Virus record (IMG/VR): IMGVR_UViG_3300030376_003620
Span: 1 to 33,427 of that record
Reading direction: 5' to 3' (one strand)
Length of the DNA: 33,427 nt
From: a virus
Lineage: Duplodnaviria; Caudoviricetes
Of the stretch, positions 25,508 through 33,427 are shown in pieces (within the stretch, counting starts at the first letter, position 1; each line of letters starts with the position of its first letter). Below the pieces are notes generated by a model. That model had not been told where the DNA came from, did not search any database, and saw nothing but the letters and a program-made list of their open reading frames with translations. The translations under genes and the position numbers were made by a program.

Positions 25508-27065
25508 TTTTAATATTATACCTCCAGACTTGTCAGCTAAAGAAAAAGCTTTAGAGTTGGCAAGAAAAGATATTGTAACTTTTGGTCAAATGTTTTTACC
25601 AGAAGATTTTATGAAATCAACTCCTGCTCCATACCAATATGAGCTAAGTAATATTCTTTTAGGAGACGAAAAAAGAGTTTGTATTATACTTCCTAGAGGT
25701 CACGCAAAATCAACTTTAGCTAAAACAGCTTTACTTCATCAGTTGTACTTTGCTCCTCCAGAGAAGAAACAATTTATAGCTTGGGTTTCTGAAGAACAAT
25801 CTCAAGCTATTGACCATATTAAATATATACAAAACCATATAGATATAAATCCAGCACTTCAATATTACTTTGGAGACTTAAAAGGAAGTAAGTGGACAGA
25901 AAAAGAGTTTACTACTGCTAGAGGAGATAGGATTATTGCAAAAGGTACATCACAACGTTTGCGTGGTCGTTCTCAGTTAGGATTAAGATATACAAATATT
26001 ATTCTTGATGACTTTGAATCAGAATTAAATACGAAAACACCAGAAAGAAGAAGAGAGATTAAAGAATGGGTAATGTCAACAGTAGAACCCGCTTTGGAAA
26101 ACTCCAAAGAAAACGAAGGGTCAATATGGCTTATTGGTACGATAGTCCATTACGATTCATTCCTACAAGGAGTGTACGATGGATATCTACAAGCTCAAAA
26201 AGAAGATAGAAAATCTGCTTGGAATGTACTATATAAAAAGGCTATAGTAGATGATGTACCTCTATGGCCTAGCTATTTTACAAAAGAAAAGCTTATAGAT
26301 ATTAAAAGAAGGTTTACAGAAATGGGACTGGTTCATAAGTTTGCACAAGAGTACTTGAACGAAGCTAGAGATTTAGAAAGTGCTAAGTTTCATATAGACA
26401 GAATAAACTACTATAGAGGTAATCTTGTAGAAAGAAATGGATTTAATTATATGATGGTAGATGAGTCTGCTATACCTGTAAATGTATACATAGGAGTTGA
26501 TTTAGCTTATGAAGCAAATGCAAGAAGCGACTATCAAGTAATTATGGTTATTGCTATAGATAGTGATAGAAATGTATATGTTGTTGATTATTATAGAGAG
26601 CACTCTCCATTATATGATATGCCTAAAAATATTGTTGATATGGCAAAAAAATATCATCCTGTTAGAAGAGTTAATGTTGAAAAGGTTGGTGCTCAAGGAT
26701 TGGTAAAAGATTATGTAAATCAACTTGTTGGTAAAGACAGAAAGCTAGCACCAGGATTATCTCAAGGAGTAAGACCTCCTGCTGGTATCAAAAAAGAAGA
26801 TAGGTTAGAAGCATTGCTTTGTCCTATTGTAAATCGAAGAAAAATGTTTGTTAAGAAAGAACACGCAAACTTAATAGATGAAATGTTTGAGTTTCCAAAA
26901 GGTAGAAATGATGACCTTCTTGACGGACTATGGTATGCTGTCACCACAGCAAAACCACCAAAAAGCTCTGCAATTGACGCAAACAAACTAGAAGACAAAA
27001 TAAGTAAAATAGAAGAAAGTAGAGCTAAAAGAGTCATAAACTGGGTTACTGGACAAAAAATCTAA
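25479..27065 (+). CDS. terL: Terminase large subunit
   Basis: PRGHAKST Walker A, IILDDFE Walker B, IGT, FAQEY, IGVDLA nuclease, FPKGRNDDLLD. Confidence 0.95.
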   Translation: MKKNTKKPDNFNIIPPDLSAKEKALELARKDIVTFGQMFLPEDFMKSTPAPYQYELSNILLGDEKRVCIILPRGHAKSTLAKTALLHQLYFAPPEKKQFIAWVSEEQSQAIDHIKYIQNHIDINPALQYYFGDLKGSKWTEKEFTTARGDRIIAKGTSQRLRGRSQLGLRYTNIILDDFESELNTKTPERRREIKEWVMSTVEPALENSKENEGSIWLIGTIVHYDSFLQGVYDGYLQAQKEDRKSAWNVLYKKAIVDDVPLWPSYFTKEKLIDIKRRFTEMGLVHKFAQEYLNEARDLESAKFHIDRINYYRGNLVERNGFNYMMVDESAIPVNVYIGVDLAYEANARSDYQVIMVIAIDSDRNVYVVDYYREHSPLYDMPKNIVDMAKKYHPVRRVNVEKVGAQGLVKDYVNQLVGKDRKLAPGLSQGVRPPAGIKKEDRLEALLCPIVNRRKMFVKKEHANLIDEMFEFPKGRNDDLLDGLWYAVTTAKPPKSSAIDANKLEDKISKIEESRAKRVINWVTGQKI

Positions 27066-27073
27066 TTTTTTAC

Positions 27074-27103
27074 TTGACTTTAGTACATAAAATTCTTTAT
27101 TTT
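27074..27103 (+). promoter_or_regulatory. Promoter for head genes
   Basis: TTGACT-N18-TATTTT in the terL-portal gap. Confidence 0.62.
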
Positions 27104-27129
27104 TAGACTAAAAACTAAAATGGGAGTTT

Positions 27130-29133
27130 ATGGCTAATTACGACGAAAACAAATCAAAAGCCCAAATTACAAGAGAATTATTTAGGCGTTGGAGAGACGC
27201 AAGGCAACAATGGGACTCTGAAGCTAGAAATGCAGTAGATTTTACTTTAGGCAATCATTATAGTAATGAAGAATCTGATGCTTTACAAGCAGTAGGACAA
27301 GCAGACTTTGTAATTGACAGAGTATATGCTGCTGTCGATAAATTAAAATCATTACTTACATCAAGACCTGCAAAATTTTCTGTTATAGCAAGAGAAGATT
27401 CTGATAATAAATTATCAAACGTTTGGAAGACTATCTTAGAATATATCTGGGATATATCAAATGGAGACAGTACTTTTAAACAAGTAGTCCACGATTATGC
27501 TGTTACTGGACTGGGATATATGTATGTATATGTAGACCCTGAAGCTGACTATGGAAGAGGTGAAGTTAAGTATACGCATGTAGACCCTTTTAGAGTATAT
27601 GTAGACCCAGCATCAAGAGATAGATTTTTTAATGATGCATCAGGAATTATATTGTCTACTTTTTTAACCAGGCAGCAAGTTTTAGATTTATATCCTCAGA
27701 TGGAAGAATTTATTGATGATATAGAGCCAGGTATAAACTCTCTATATGGAGAAGATTATCCAACATCTAACTTAAAAAATAGTAATAATGTATTAACTCC
27801 TGCTGAAGCAAAAGATTTAGATTATAATGTAAATCAAAAATATCAAATACTTGATAGATTTTACAAAATTAAAGTACCTTTCTATAGATTGTTTAACACT
27901 TTAGATGGCAGTGAAAAGATTTTAGACACTGACACATATAGTCTTATTATACAAAACGAAAAAACAATTGAACTTATAGAGAAAGGAACTATAGAAATAG
28001 AAGAGATTATGCAAACAAGAATTGCACAATGTAGCACAATAGGTGAAACACTTCTTTATGAGCGTATTCTAAACACTGATATATATCCAATTGTTCCATT
28101 TACAAACATTTGGACTAATACTCCCTATCCAAAATCAGATGTGAACAAGGTTAAAGATTCGCAAAGACTTTTAAATAAGTTATTTTCTCTAACCTTGTCA
28201 CACGCTCAATCTGCTGCTGGATTAAAACTTTTAATTCCAGAGGGTAGTGTTGATAGTGTTAGTCAGTTAGAAAAAGATTGGGCTAATCCAAACGCGGTTA
28301 TCGAATATAATCCAGAGTTTGGTGAGCCACATTACCCACAACCAGCTCCTTTAACAAGTGAGTTTTATTATTTAATCGATAGGGTAGAAAAGTATATAGA
28401 TTTAAATTTTGGTATACCTGAACTATTACAAGGGTTTAGAGAAGGTGCTCCAGAATCTGTTAGAGGTACTATGCTTTTATCAGAAATGGGAGAGTCTAGA
28501 GGTAAATCAAAGTTAAGAGATATTGAAGCAAGCTTAACTATGGTAGGTCAAGTTGTTTACAACTTGGCTAAAGACCATTATAGCTTTGCAAAAACATTTA
28601 GAATTGTACAACCAAATAACGATATTACTGAATTTTCAGTTAATATGAGAATGTACGATGATAAATCGAATGAAATAGCGACCATAAAGAATGATATTCA
28701 GCTTGGTCAACATGACATTCGAGTTATATCAGGTTCAACTTTACCTAGCAACAAGGTATCTGAATACAACATGTATCTTGATGCTTATAAGCTTGGACTG
28801 GTAGATGATGTCGAGGTTTTAAAGAAAACTGAAATCTTTGACAAAGAAGGTGTCCTTCAAAGAAAAGGGCGTATGGCACAGATGCAACAATATATTGCTC
28901 AACTTGAAAATCAAGTGAAAAAACTAAGTGGCGATTTACAGACGTCTGAACGTGAGCAGGTTTCTGCTAGAAAACGTACAGAAGTTGAGAAGTTTAAATC
29001 TACGTTAAATGAGATTACTTCTGCTAACAAAGTTAAGGAAAAAGAAAAGGTAATGAGACTTGGGAATCTGATTGACCAAATGCAAGCTTCTATGGAGGAA
29101 GAACAAAATAACGAGTCTGGTTCAGAGTCTTAG
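27130..29133 (+). CDS. Portal protein (P22-like)
   Basis: 667 aa after TerL; DFTLGNHY, VTGLGY, VDPFRVYVDP, YPIVPF, VKDSQRLLNK; C-terminal coiled coil. Confidence 0.88.
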   Translation: MANYDENKSKAQITRELFRRWRDARQQWDSEARNAVDFTLGNHYSNEESDALQAVGQADFVIDRVYAAVDKLKSLLTSRPAKFSVIAREDSDNKLSNVWKTILEYIWDISNGDSTFKQVVHDYAVTGLGYMYVYVDPEADYGRGEVKYTHVDPFRVYVDPASRDRFFNDASGIILSTFLTRQQVLDLYPQMEEFIDDIEPGINSLYGEDYPTSNLKNSNNVLTPAEAKDLDYNVNQKYQILDRFYKIKVPFYRLFNTLDGSEKILDTDTYSLIIQNEKTIELIEKGTIEIEEIMQTRIAQCSTIGETLLYERILNTDIYPIVPFTNIWTNTPYPKSDVNKVKDSQRLLNKLFSLTLSHAQSAAGLKLLIPEGSVDSVSQLEKDWANPNAVIEYNPEFGEPHYPQPAPLTSEFYYLIDRVEKYIDLNFGIPELLQGFREGAPESVRGTMLLSEMGESRGKSKLRDIEASLTMVGQVVYNLAKDHYSFAKTFRIVQPNNDITEFSVNMRMYDDKSNEIATIKNDIQLGQHDIRVISGSTLPSNKVSEYNMYLDAYKLGLVDDVEVLKKTEIFDKEGVLQRKGRMAQMQQYIAQLENQVKKLSGDLQTSEREQVSARKRTEVEKFKSTLNEITSANKVKEKEKVMRLGNLIDQMQASMEEEQNNESGSES

Positions 29134-29160
29134 GACTAAATCAGAGTTAGGAGAAAAAAC

Positions 29161-29925
29161 ATGGCAAAAGAACAAGAACAACAACAGGTTGAACAGCAAG
29201 TAGACCCAATTGTAGAATCTACAGTGGAACAAGAGATTTCATTGGAAGAACCTACCTCAGAAACAGGTGTGGAAGCATCTGAAGCTGTAGACTGGGAAAC
29301 AGAAGCTAAAAAATTTCAATCAATGTACGACAAAAAGGTTGCGGAACACGAAACTTTAAAAAGTGATAGTAGTGATTTAATGAAGTTAAGAAATGTATTA
29401 ACTGAAAAACCTGAATTAGTTAACATGATTGAAAAAAGTCTTGCTGGAGAATCAGTTGAGGGCAAAGAAGAAGAGGGAAGTACAACCCCAGATAGCTTTG
29501 ACCCTTGGGACGCCTACTACAAGCCTGACTCAGAATCTTACAAATTTAGAGTAAGTAATGAGAAAAAGCTTGTACACGAAACAGTAGATAATGAACTGGC
29601 TAAACTACGCAATCAAATGGCAATGAATAACTTAAAAACAGAATTGGTTAGCAAGCACAACTTAGGTGCAGATGACGCAGAACAGTTTTTACACTTTGCT
29701 ACAACACCAAAAGCCAACTTACCTATTGAAACACTTATTAAAGTGTGGAAAGAAGGACAGGGCAAAGGTGCTAAAACAAGTGAAAACATGGAAGCAGTCA
29801 AAAAAACAAAGTCAATTCCTAAACCAGCTGGAGTCCTTCAAGGTGGAGAACAACCTCGACCTTCTGAAGAAGACGAAGTTTGGAGTAGAGTTATGAGTGC
29901 TAGTAAAAGCGGTAGTATAGTCTAA
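29161..29925 (+). CDS. Capsid scaffolding protein
   Basis: Acidic N-terminus, helical, FDPWDAY motif; between portal and capsid. Confidence 0.75.
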   Translation: MAKEQEQQQVEQQVDPIVESTVEQEISLEEPTSETGVEASEAVDWETEAKKFQSMYDKKVAEHETLKSDSSDLMKLRNVLTEKPELVNMIEKSLAGESVEGKEEEGSTTPDSFDPWDAYYKPDSESYKFRVSNEKKLVHETVDNELAKLRNQMAMNNLKTELVSKHNLGADDAEQFLHFATTPKANLPIETLIKVWKEGQGKGAKTSENMEAVKKTKSIPKPAGVLQGGEQPRPSEEDEVWSRVMSASKSGSIV

Positions 29926-29946
29926 ACTAACTAAGAGGTAAATAAA

Positions 29947-31317
29947 ATGGCTTTTAATCAAGGAACATTGAAGTCATCAGTAATCACAGCACAATCTGCG
30001 GACGCAGGTGTAGGACAAAGACCTGACGTTAGACGTTTATATGATTTCTCTGATAGAGTTGCAGAACTTATGCCAGAGGAGTCACCTTTTTTCGTCTATC
30101 TTAGTCAAGTTGCTAAACAAGCTACAGATGATTCTGTTTTCAGATACTTAGAAAACAGAACTGTAACTAACTACACTGCACGTAACTTCAGCCTAGCGGC
30201 AGGAGTAAACGGCGGCGCAGCAGTGAGTCAAGGTGAATTACATGACTTTACAGTAGATGATGCAGCAGGCGGTTCAATTGGCTTCCTTACAAAAGGAATG
30301 GTAATTGCAATAGCTTCTGTTGATTCAACAGCTGGTTATGGACAAGTTTTAGTTAGAGTTGAGTCTGCACCAAACGTACAATCAGCAAACACTACCTTCT
30401 CAGGTAGAGTTGTTGATGTGTCAAACTCAAATGTATCTGGATACAATGTATTAGCTAACAATGACGCATGTCAAATTGTTGGTACATCATTCGAAGAAGG
30501 AACAGGTTCACCTGATACTTTCTCAGACACAATTGAAGATGACTTTGGTTATACTCAAATCTTTAAAACAGCTTGTGAGATGACAAATACAGCAATAGCT
30601 ACAAGATACCGTGGCTATGCAAACGAGTTCGATAGAATTTGGGCTCAAAAATTACGTGAACACAAAGTAGACATCGAAAGAGCTATGCTTTTCGGTCAAA
30701 AAGCTCGTGTTAACGGAGTACAATATACTGAAGGTTTAGTTGGACACATTGTAAAAAATGTTGCTCCAGTAACTGACGACTCAGCATTTTCTTACTCATC
30801 AGGTAATCCATATTACAGAAGTGTACTACAATCAGAACTTACATACGACAGACTGCTTGCTGACTTAGAAGTAATCTTCGACCCAGCAAGAGGTGGTTCA
30901 AGTGAGAGATTGGTACTAGCTTCATTACCAGTGATTACATTCTTCAACAAAATGGGCGACGGTGCTTTCATTGACGCTTCTGTTGGACATGCAAATGGAC
31001 CATACAGAGTTAACATGAACAATGTAGCAGGTAGTTTTGGTCACCAGTTAATGGAAATCAACACTGTGCACGGTTCAATGTTCTTAGTGAAAGAACCTCT
31101 ATTCAGAGGAATTGCAAGTGGCTTCATGCTTATGGCTGATATGTCTAAATTAGCATACAGACCATTAGTTGGTAACGGTATTAATCGTGACACTCAAATT
31201 ATGACAAACGTACAAGCTGCGGATGAAGATTTGAGAAAAGACATGATTATGACTGAAGCTGGTCTTGAAATCTCATTACCTGAATGTCACGCTCTATACA
31301 ACGTGGAGGGATTATAA
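29947..31317 (+). CDS. Major capsid protein (SU10/DUF5309-like)
   Basis: PEESPF, GTSFEEG, YTQIFK, EHKVDIERAMLFG, TEGL, TEAGLE; high-expression codon bias; GAGG RBS. Confidence 0.9.
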   Translation: MAFNQGTLKSSVITAQSADAGVGQRPDVRRLYDFSDRVAELMPEESPFFVYLSQVAKQATDDSVFRYLENRTVTNYTARNFSLAAGVNGGAAVSQGELHDFTVDDAAGGSIGFLTKGMVIAIASVDSTAGYGQVLVRVESAPNVQSANTTFSGRVVDVSNSNVSGYNVLANNDACQIVGTSFEEGTGSPDTFSDTIEDDFGYTQIFKTACEMTNTAIATRYRGYANEFDRIWAQKLREHKVDIERAMLFGQKARVNGVQYTEGLVGHIVKNVAPVTDDSAFSYSSGNPYYRSVLQSELTYDRLLADLEVIFDPARGGSSERLVLASLPVITFFNKMGDGAFIDASVGHANGPYRVNMNNVAGSFGHQLMEINTVHGSMFLVKEPLFRGIASGFMLMADMSKLAYRPLVGNGINRDTQIMTNVQAADEDLRKDMIMTEAGLEISLPECHALYNVEGL

Positions 31318-31318
31318 A

Positions 31319-31753
31319 ATGGCTAAAGGTGGATTACTAGAAAAAAATAGTGGTATTGGTGGTTTACTAGCTAATGTAGAACACATTACCGCTGCAAAAA
31401 CAATAGTAGAATCAGACTCAGGTAAGGTCTTTATGGTTTCTTCTGAAGGTGGAGCTTATGATATAACTCTACCTACAGCTTCAACAGCACAAAACGGAGC
31501 AGTGTACAAATTTATTGTACATGAAGAAACACCTACTCATGATGTTACAATTAAAGCAGGAAGTGCAATCATTTCATTAGTAATGAAAGATGCAGGCGGA
31601 GACGCTGCTAATTCAACTGCTGGAACTCAGGTTTCTAATATTATTTTAGAAGCTGCTTCTCAAAGAGGAGACTTTGTAGAACTTCTGTTCTGGAATGGTG
31701 AGTACTACGCTAATGGATTAAGCGCAATCAATGACGGTATTACAACATCATAA
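31319..31753 (+). CDS. Putative capsid decoration/head fibre protein
   Basis: ATG 31319 after GGAGGG; DSGKVF, ITLP, GAVYKFIV, GDFVEL beta-rich pattern. Confidence 0.6.
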   Translation: MAKGGLLEKNSGIGGLLANVEHITAAKTIVESDSGKVFMVSSEGGAYDITLPTASTAQNGAVYKFIVHEETPTHDVTIKAGSAIISLVMKDAGGDAANSTAGTQVSNIILEAASQRGDFVELLFWNGEYYANGLSAINDGITTS

Positions 31754-31770
31754 TAGTTATTAGGTACTAT

Positions 31771-31791
31771 GGAGTGGGCTAGTCCCACTCC
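31771..31791 (+). terminator. GC-rich hairpin after capsid genes (terminator or processing site)
   Basis: GGAGTGGG-ctagt-CCCACTCC, extended by TAGGT/ACCTA; no adjacent U-tract. Confidence 0.5.
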
Positions 31792-31827
31792 GAAACCTAT
31801 AAAGAATTTTAAATAATAGGAGAAAAA

Positions 31828-32025
31828 ATGGCAAATTATAATACAACTACAAAGATTATTATTAATGACCTTAGTGTTAAATCAGACTCAACTGCTGGTT
31901 CATTAGCTAAAGAGATTAATGATTATATTCAAACTTTAGATGATAGCACTAATGCTATTGTAGATATTCAAGCAGTTAAGCTTGATGCTTCTAGAGTTGC
32001 TTACATAGTAGTAGCTAAAGGATAA
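31828..32025 (+). CDS. Hypothetical protein
   Basis: 65 aa, AGGAG RBS. Confidence 0.6.
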   Translation: MANYNTTTKIIINDLSVKSDSTAGSLAKEINDYIQTLDDSTNAIVDIQAVKLDASRVAYIVVAKG

Positions 32026-32279
32026 TGGCTAATTGTCAACACTGCGACAAGCCTAATCCAGAAGGTTACTTTAACTGTCCTTCATGTGGGCTAAGAGCAG
32101 CTCCTAGCAAATGGAATACTAATTTTGTTATAAGAGAAGGTAATCCTTTTGCAACAGCAATTAGAAAAGACCAGATTGACATTAATCATATGTCAATGGA
32201 AGATGGTGTAAAAAAGATGCAAGAAAGCAAAAAGAACGCAAAACCCACACCACGTGGGAAAGGAATAAGGGTAATGTAA
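32025..32279 (+). CDS. Zinc-ribbon protein
   Basis: CQHC...CPSC; TAATG coupling. Confidence 0.6.
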   Translation: MANCQHCDKPNPEGYFNCPSCGLRAAPSKWNTNFVIREGNPFATAIRKDQIDINHMSMEDGVKKMQESKKNAKPTPRGKGIRVM

Positions 32280-32359
32280 TGCCAATGAAAAAAGGTAAAA
32301 AAGTAGTAAAGAAGAAAAAAGTAGTAAAGAAAAATAAAAATTACGGCAAGAGATACTAA
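32279..32359 (+). CDS. Tiny Lys-rich peptide (26 aa)
   Basis: MPMKKGKKVVKKKKVVKKNKNYGKRY*; TAATG-coupled at both ends. Confidence 0.55.
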   Translation: MPMKKGKKVVKKKKVVKKNKNYGKRY

Positions 32360-32505
32360 TGAGAGTAAAAGCGCCTAAAGGCTATCATTTTATGAAAAAA
32401 GGCACAGGATATGTTTTGATGAAACATGGAGCTAAGTTTAAAAGACATAAAGGAGCTTCACTATCTATGCCTATGAAAGTAGTAAAAACTCATGGAGGAA
32501 AGTAG
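32359..32505 (+). CDS. Small basic protein (48 aa)
   Basis: MRVKAPKGYHFMKKG...VVKTHGGK*; coupled stop/start overlaps. Confidence 0.6.
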   Translation: MRVKAPKGYHFMKKGTGYVLMKHGAKFKRHKGASLSMPMKVVKTHGGK

Positions 32506-32669
32506 TGCCAAAAAAGAAAAGAAAAAAAGGAAGTCCTACTCCAACTAATCCTTCTTTGTATTCAAGAGTAAAGTCTGAAGCAAAGAGAAAGTTTAAAGTG
32601 TATCCTTCTGCATACGCAAATGCGTGGCTAGTAAGAACATACAAAAAACGTGGCGGTGGCTATAGATAA
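32505..32669 (+). CDS. Small basic protein (54 aa), DUF5872-like N-terminal half
   Basis: GTG start with GGAGG; PTNPSLYSRVK...SAYANAWLVRTYKKRGGGY. Confidence 0.62.
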   Translation: MPKKKRKKGSPTPTNPSLYSRVKSEAKRKFKVYPSAYANAWLVRTYKKRGGGYR

Positions 32670-32944
32670 TGGCGTATCAAGGCGGATTACGTAAATGGTT
32701 TAGAGAAGACTGGGTAGACATCGGTTCTAAGAAGAAAGGTGGTAAATACCAGAAGTGTGGACGTAAATCTGCTAAGGGCAGTAAAAGAAAATACCCTAAA
32801 TGTGTTCCAGCTGCTAAAGCTAGAACAATGAGCGCTTCACAAAAAAGAAGTGCAGTTAGTAGAAAGAGAGCAAAAGCTCAAGGAGTTGGAGGTAAACCAA
32901 CTAATGTTAGAACATTTGCAAGAAAAAGTAGAAAGAAAAAATGA
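32669..32944 (+). CDS. Small basic protein, DUF5872-like C-terminal half
   Basis: GLRKWFREDWVDI...CGR...YPKCVP. Confidence 0.65.
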   Translation: MAYQGGLRKWFREDWVDIGSKKKGGKYQKCGRKSAKGSKRKYPKCVPAAKARTMSASQKRSAVSRKRAKAQGVGGKPTNVRTFARKSRKKK

Positions 32945-33087
32945 GAAGAAGACAAACATTTGGAACTCAAGTAAGGCATACTAACGGTAAGAAAAAAACA
33001 AGACAAGGTAATAGTGTAAATACTAAGTATGGCACTAAAACAAGTAAAAAGTATTACGTAAAAAAGTATAGAGGACAAGGTAAGTAA
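32941..33087 (+). CDS. Small basic protein (48 aa)
   Basis: MRRRQTFG...KKTRQGNS...KKYRGQGK*; ATGA and TAATG overlaps. Confidence 0.58.
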   Translation: MRRRQTFGTQVRHTNGKKKTRQGNSVNTKYGTKTSKKYYVKKYRGQGK

Positions 33088-33427
33088 TGGCTGATTTTAA
33101 AACAAGAATAGATGATTTGACAGGCTTTGCAAGCACTGACGACACAGCATTAAGTGACTGGTTATCAGCTGGTGCTCGTTCTGTAATGAATATACTTCCT
33201 CTAAATAAGCTAGAGAGAGTAGCAAGCAATGAAAACTTTACAAACAATATAGATGTAGAGGGAAAAAAGATTTTAGCGGTTGTTAGAAAAGACGACAATC
33301 ACGCAAGTAAGATTTATATGCCATGTAGAAAATTATCACCTATGATGATGGGTATTGTTAATGATACAAACTATATGGAAGCTGCTTCAGAAACTGACCC
33401 AGCATATATTATACAAAATGATGTTTT
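33087..33427 (+). CDS. 5' part of a putative head-tail adaptor/structural protein (truncated by window)
   Basis: MADFKTRIDDLTG...LSDWLSAGARSVMNILP open to window end; position after head genes. Confidence 0.5.
   Translation, partial: MADFKTRIDDLTGFASTDDTALSDWLSAGARSVMNILPLNKLERVASNENFTNNIDVEGKKILAVVRKDDNHASKIYMPCRKLSPMMMGIVNDTNYMEAASETDPAYIIQNDV

Noticed and set aside
31265-31318. Programmed frameshift fusing the major capsid protein to the next ORF
   Set aside because: Overlapping +1 frame is short, has no slippery sequence, and ATG 31319 has its own GGAGGG RBS
432-33298. Other antisense or out-of-frame ORFs in the track (e.g. 432-797, 638-1000, 4056-4439, 10456-10953, 15973-16335, 26762-27037, 33035-33298)
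   Set aside because: They lie largely or wholly within well-supported genes, lack clear RBSs, and have shadow-frame composition

Overview
AT-rich (roughly one-third GC) fragment of a tailed dsDNA phage with podovirus-like layout; the host cannot be identified from the sequence. Three blocks are present. (1) 1-9972 (+): a lysozyme-fold muralytic enzyme, then a set of likely internal virion/DNA-ejection proteins including a 1669-aa protein, ending in two short proteins, one carrying a polymorphic-toxin pre-toxin (PT-TG-like) motif. (2) 9969-21789 (mostly -): early/replication arm with DnaB helicase, Holliday junction resolvase, SSB, Rad52/Sak-like annealase, Cas4-like exonuclease, a ribbon-helix-helix regulator, a zinc-ribbon-fused COOH-NH2 amidoligase next to a class II glutamine amidotransferase, and many small ORFs. 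(3) 22379-33427 (+): HEXXH peptidase, DUF1599, DEDD exonuclease, terminase small and large subunits with a gamma-glutamylcyclotransferase gene between them, portal, scaffold, major capsid, and a run of tiny very basic ORFs. A ~590-bp non-coding divergent control region lies at 21790-22378. I saw no tRNA, CRISPR array, integrase, DNA polymerase or primase. The best leads are the PT-TG effector-like genes, the split amidoligase/GATase/GGCT system, CTAG-hairpin elements around a lone inverted gene, and a TTGAC-N18-TAnnTT promoter family. All family calls come from motif recognition by eye, not database searches.
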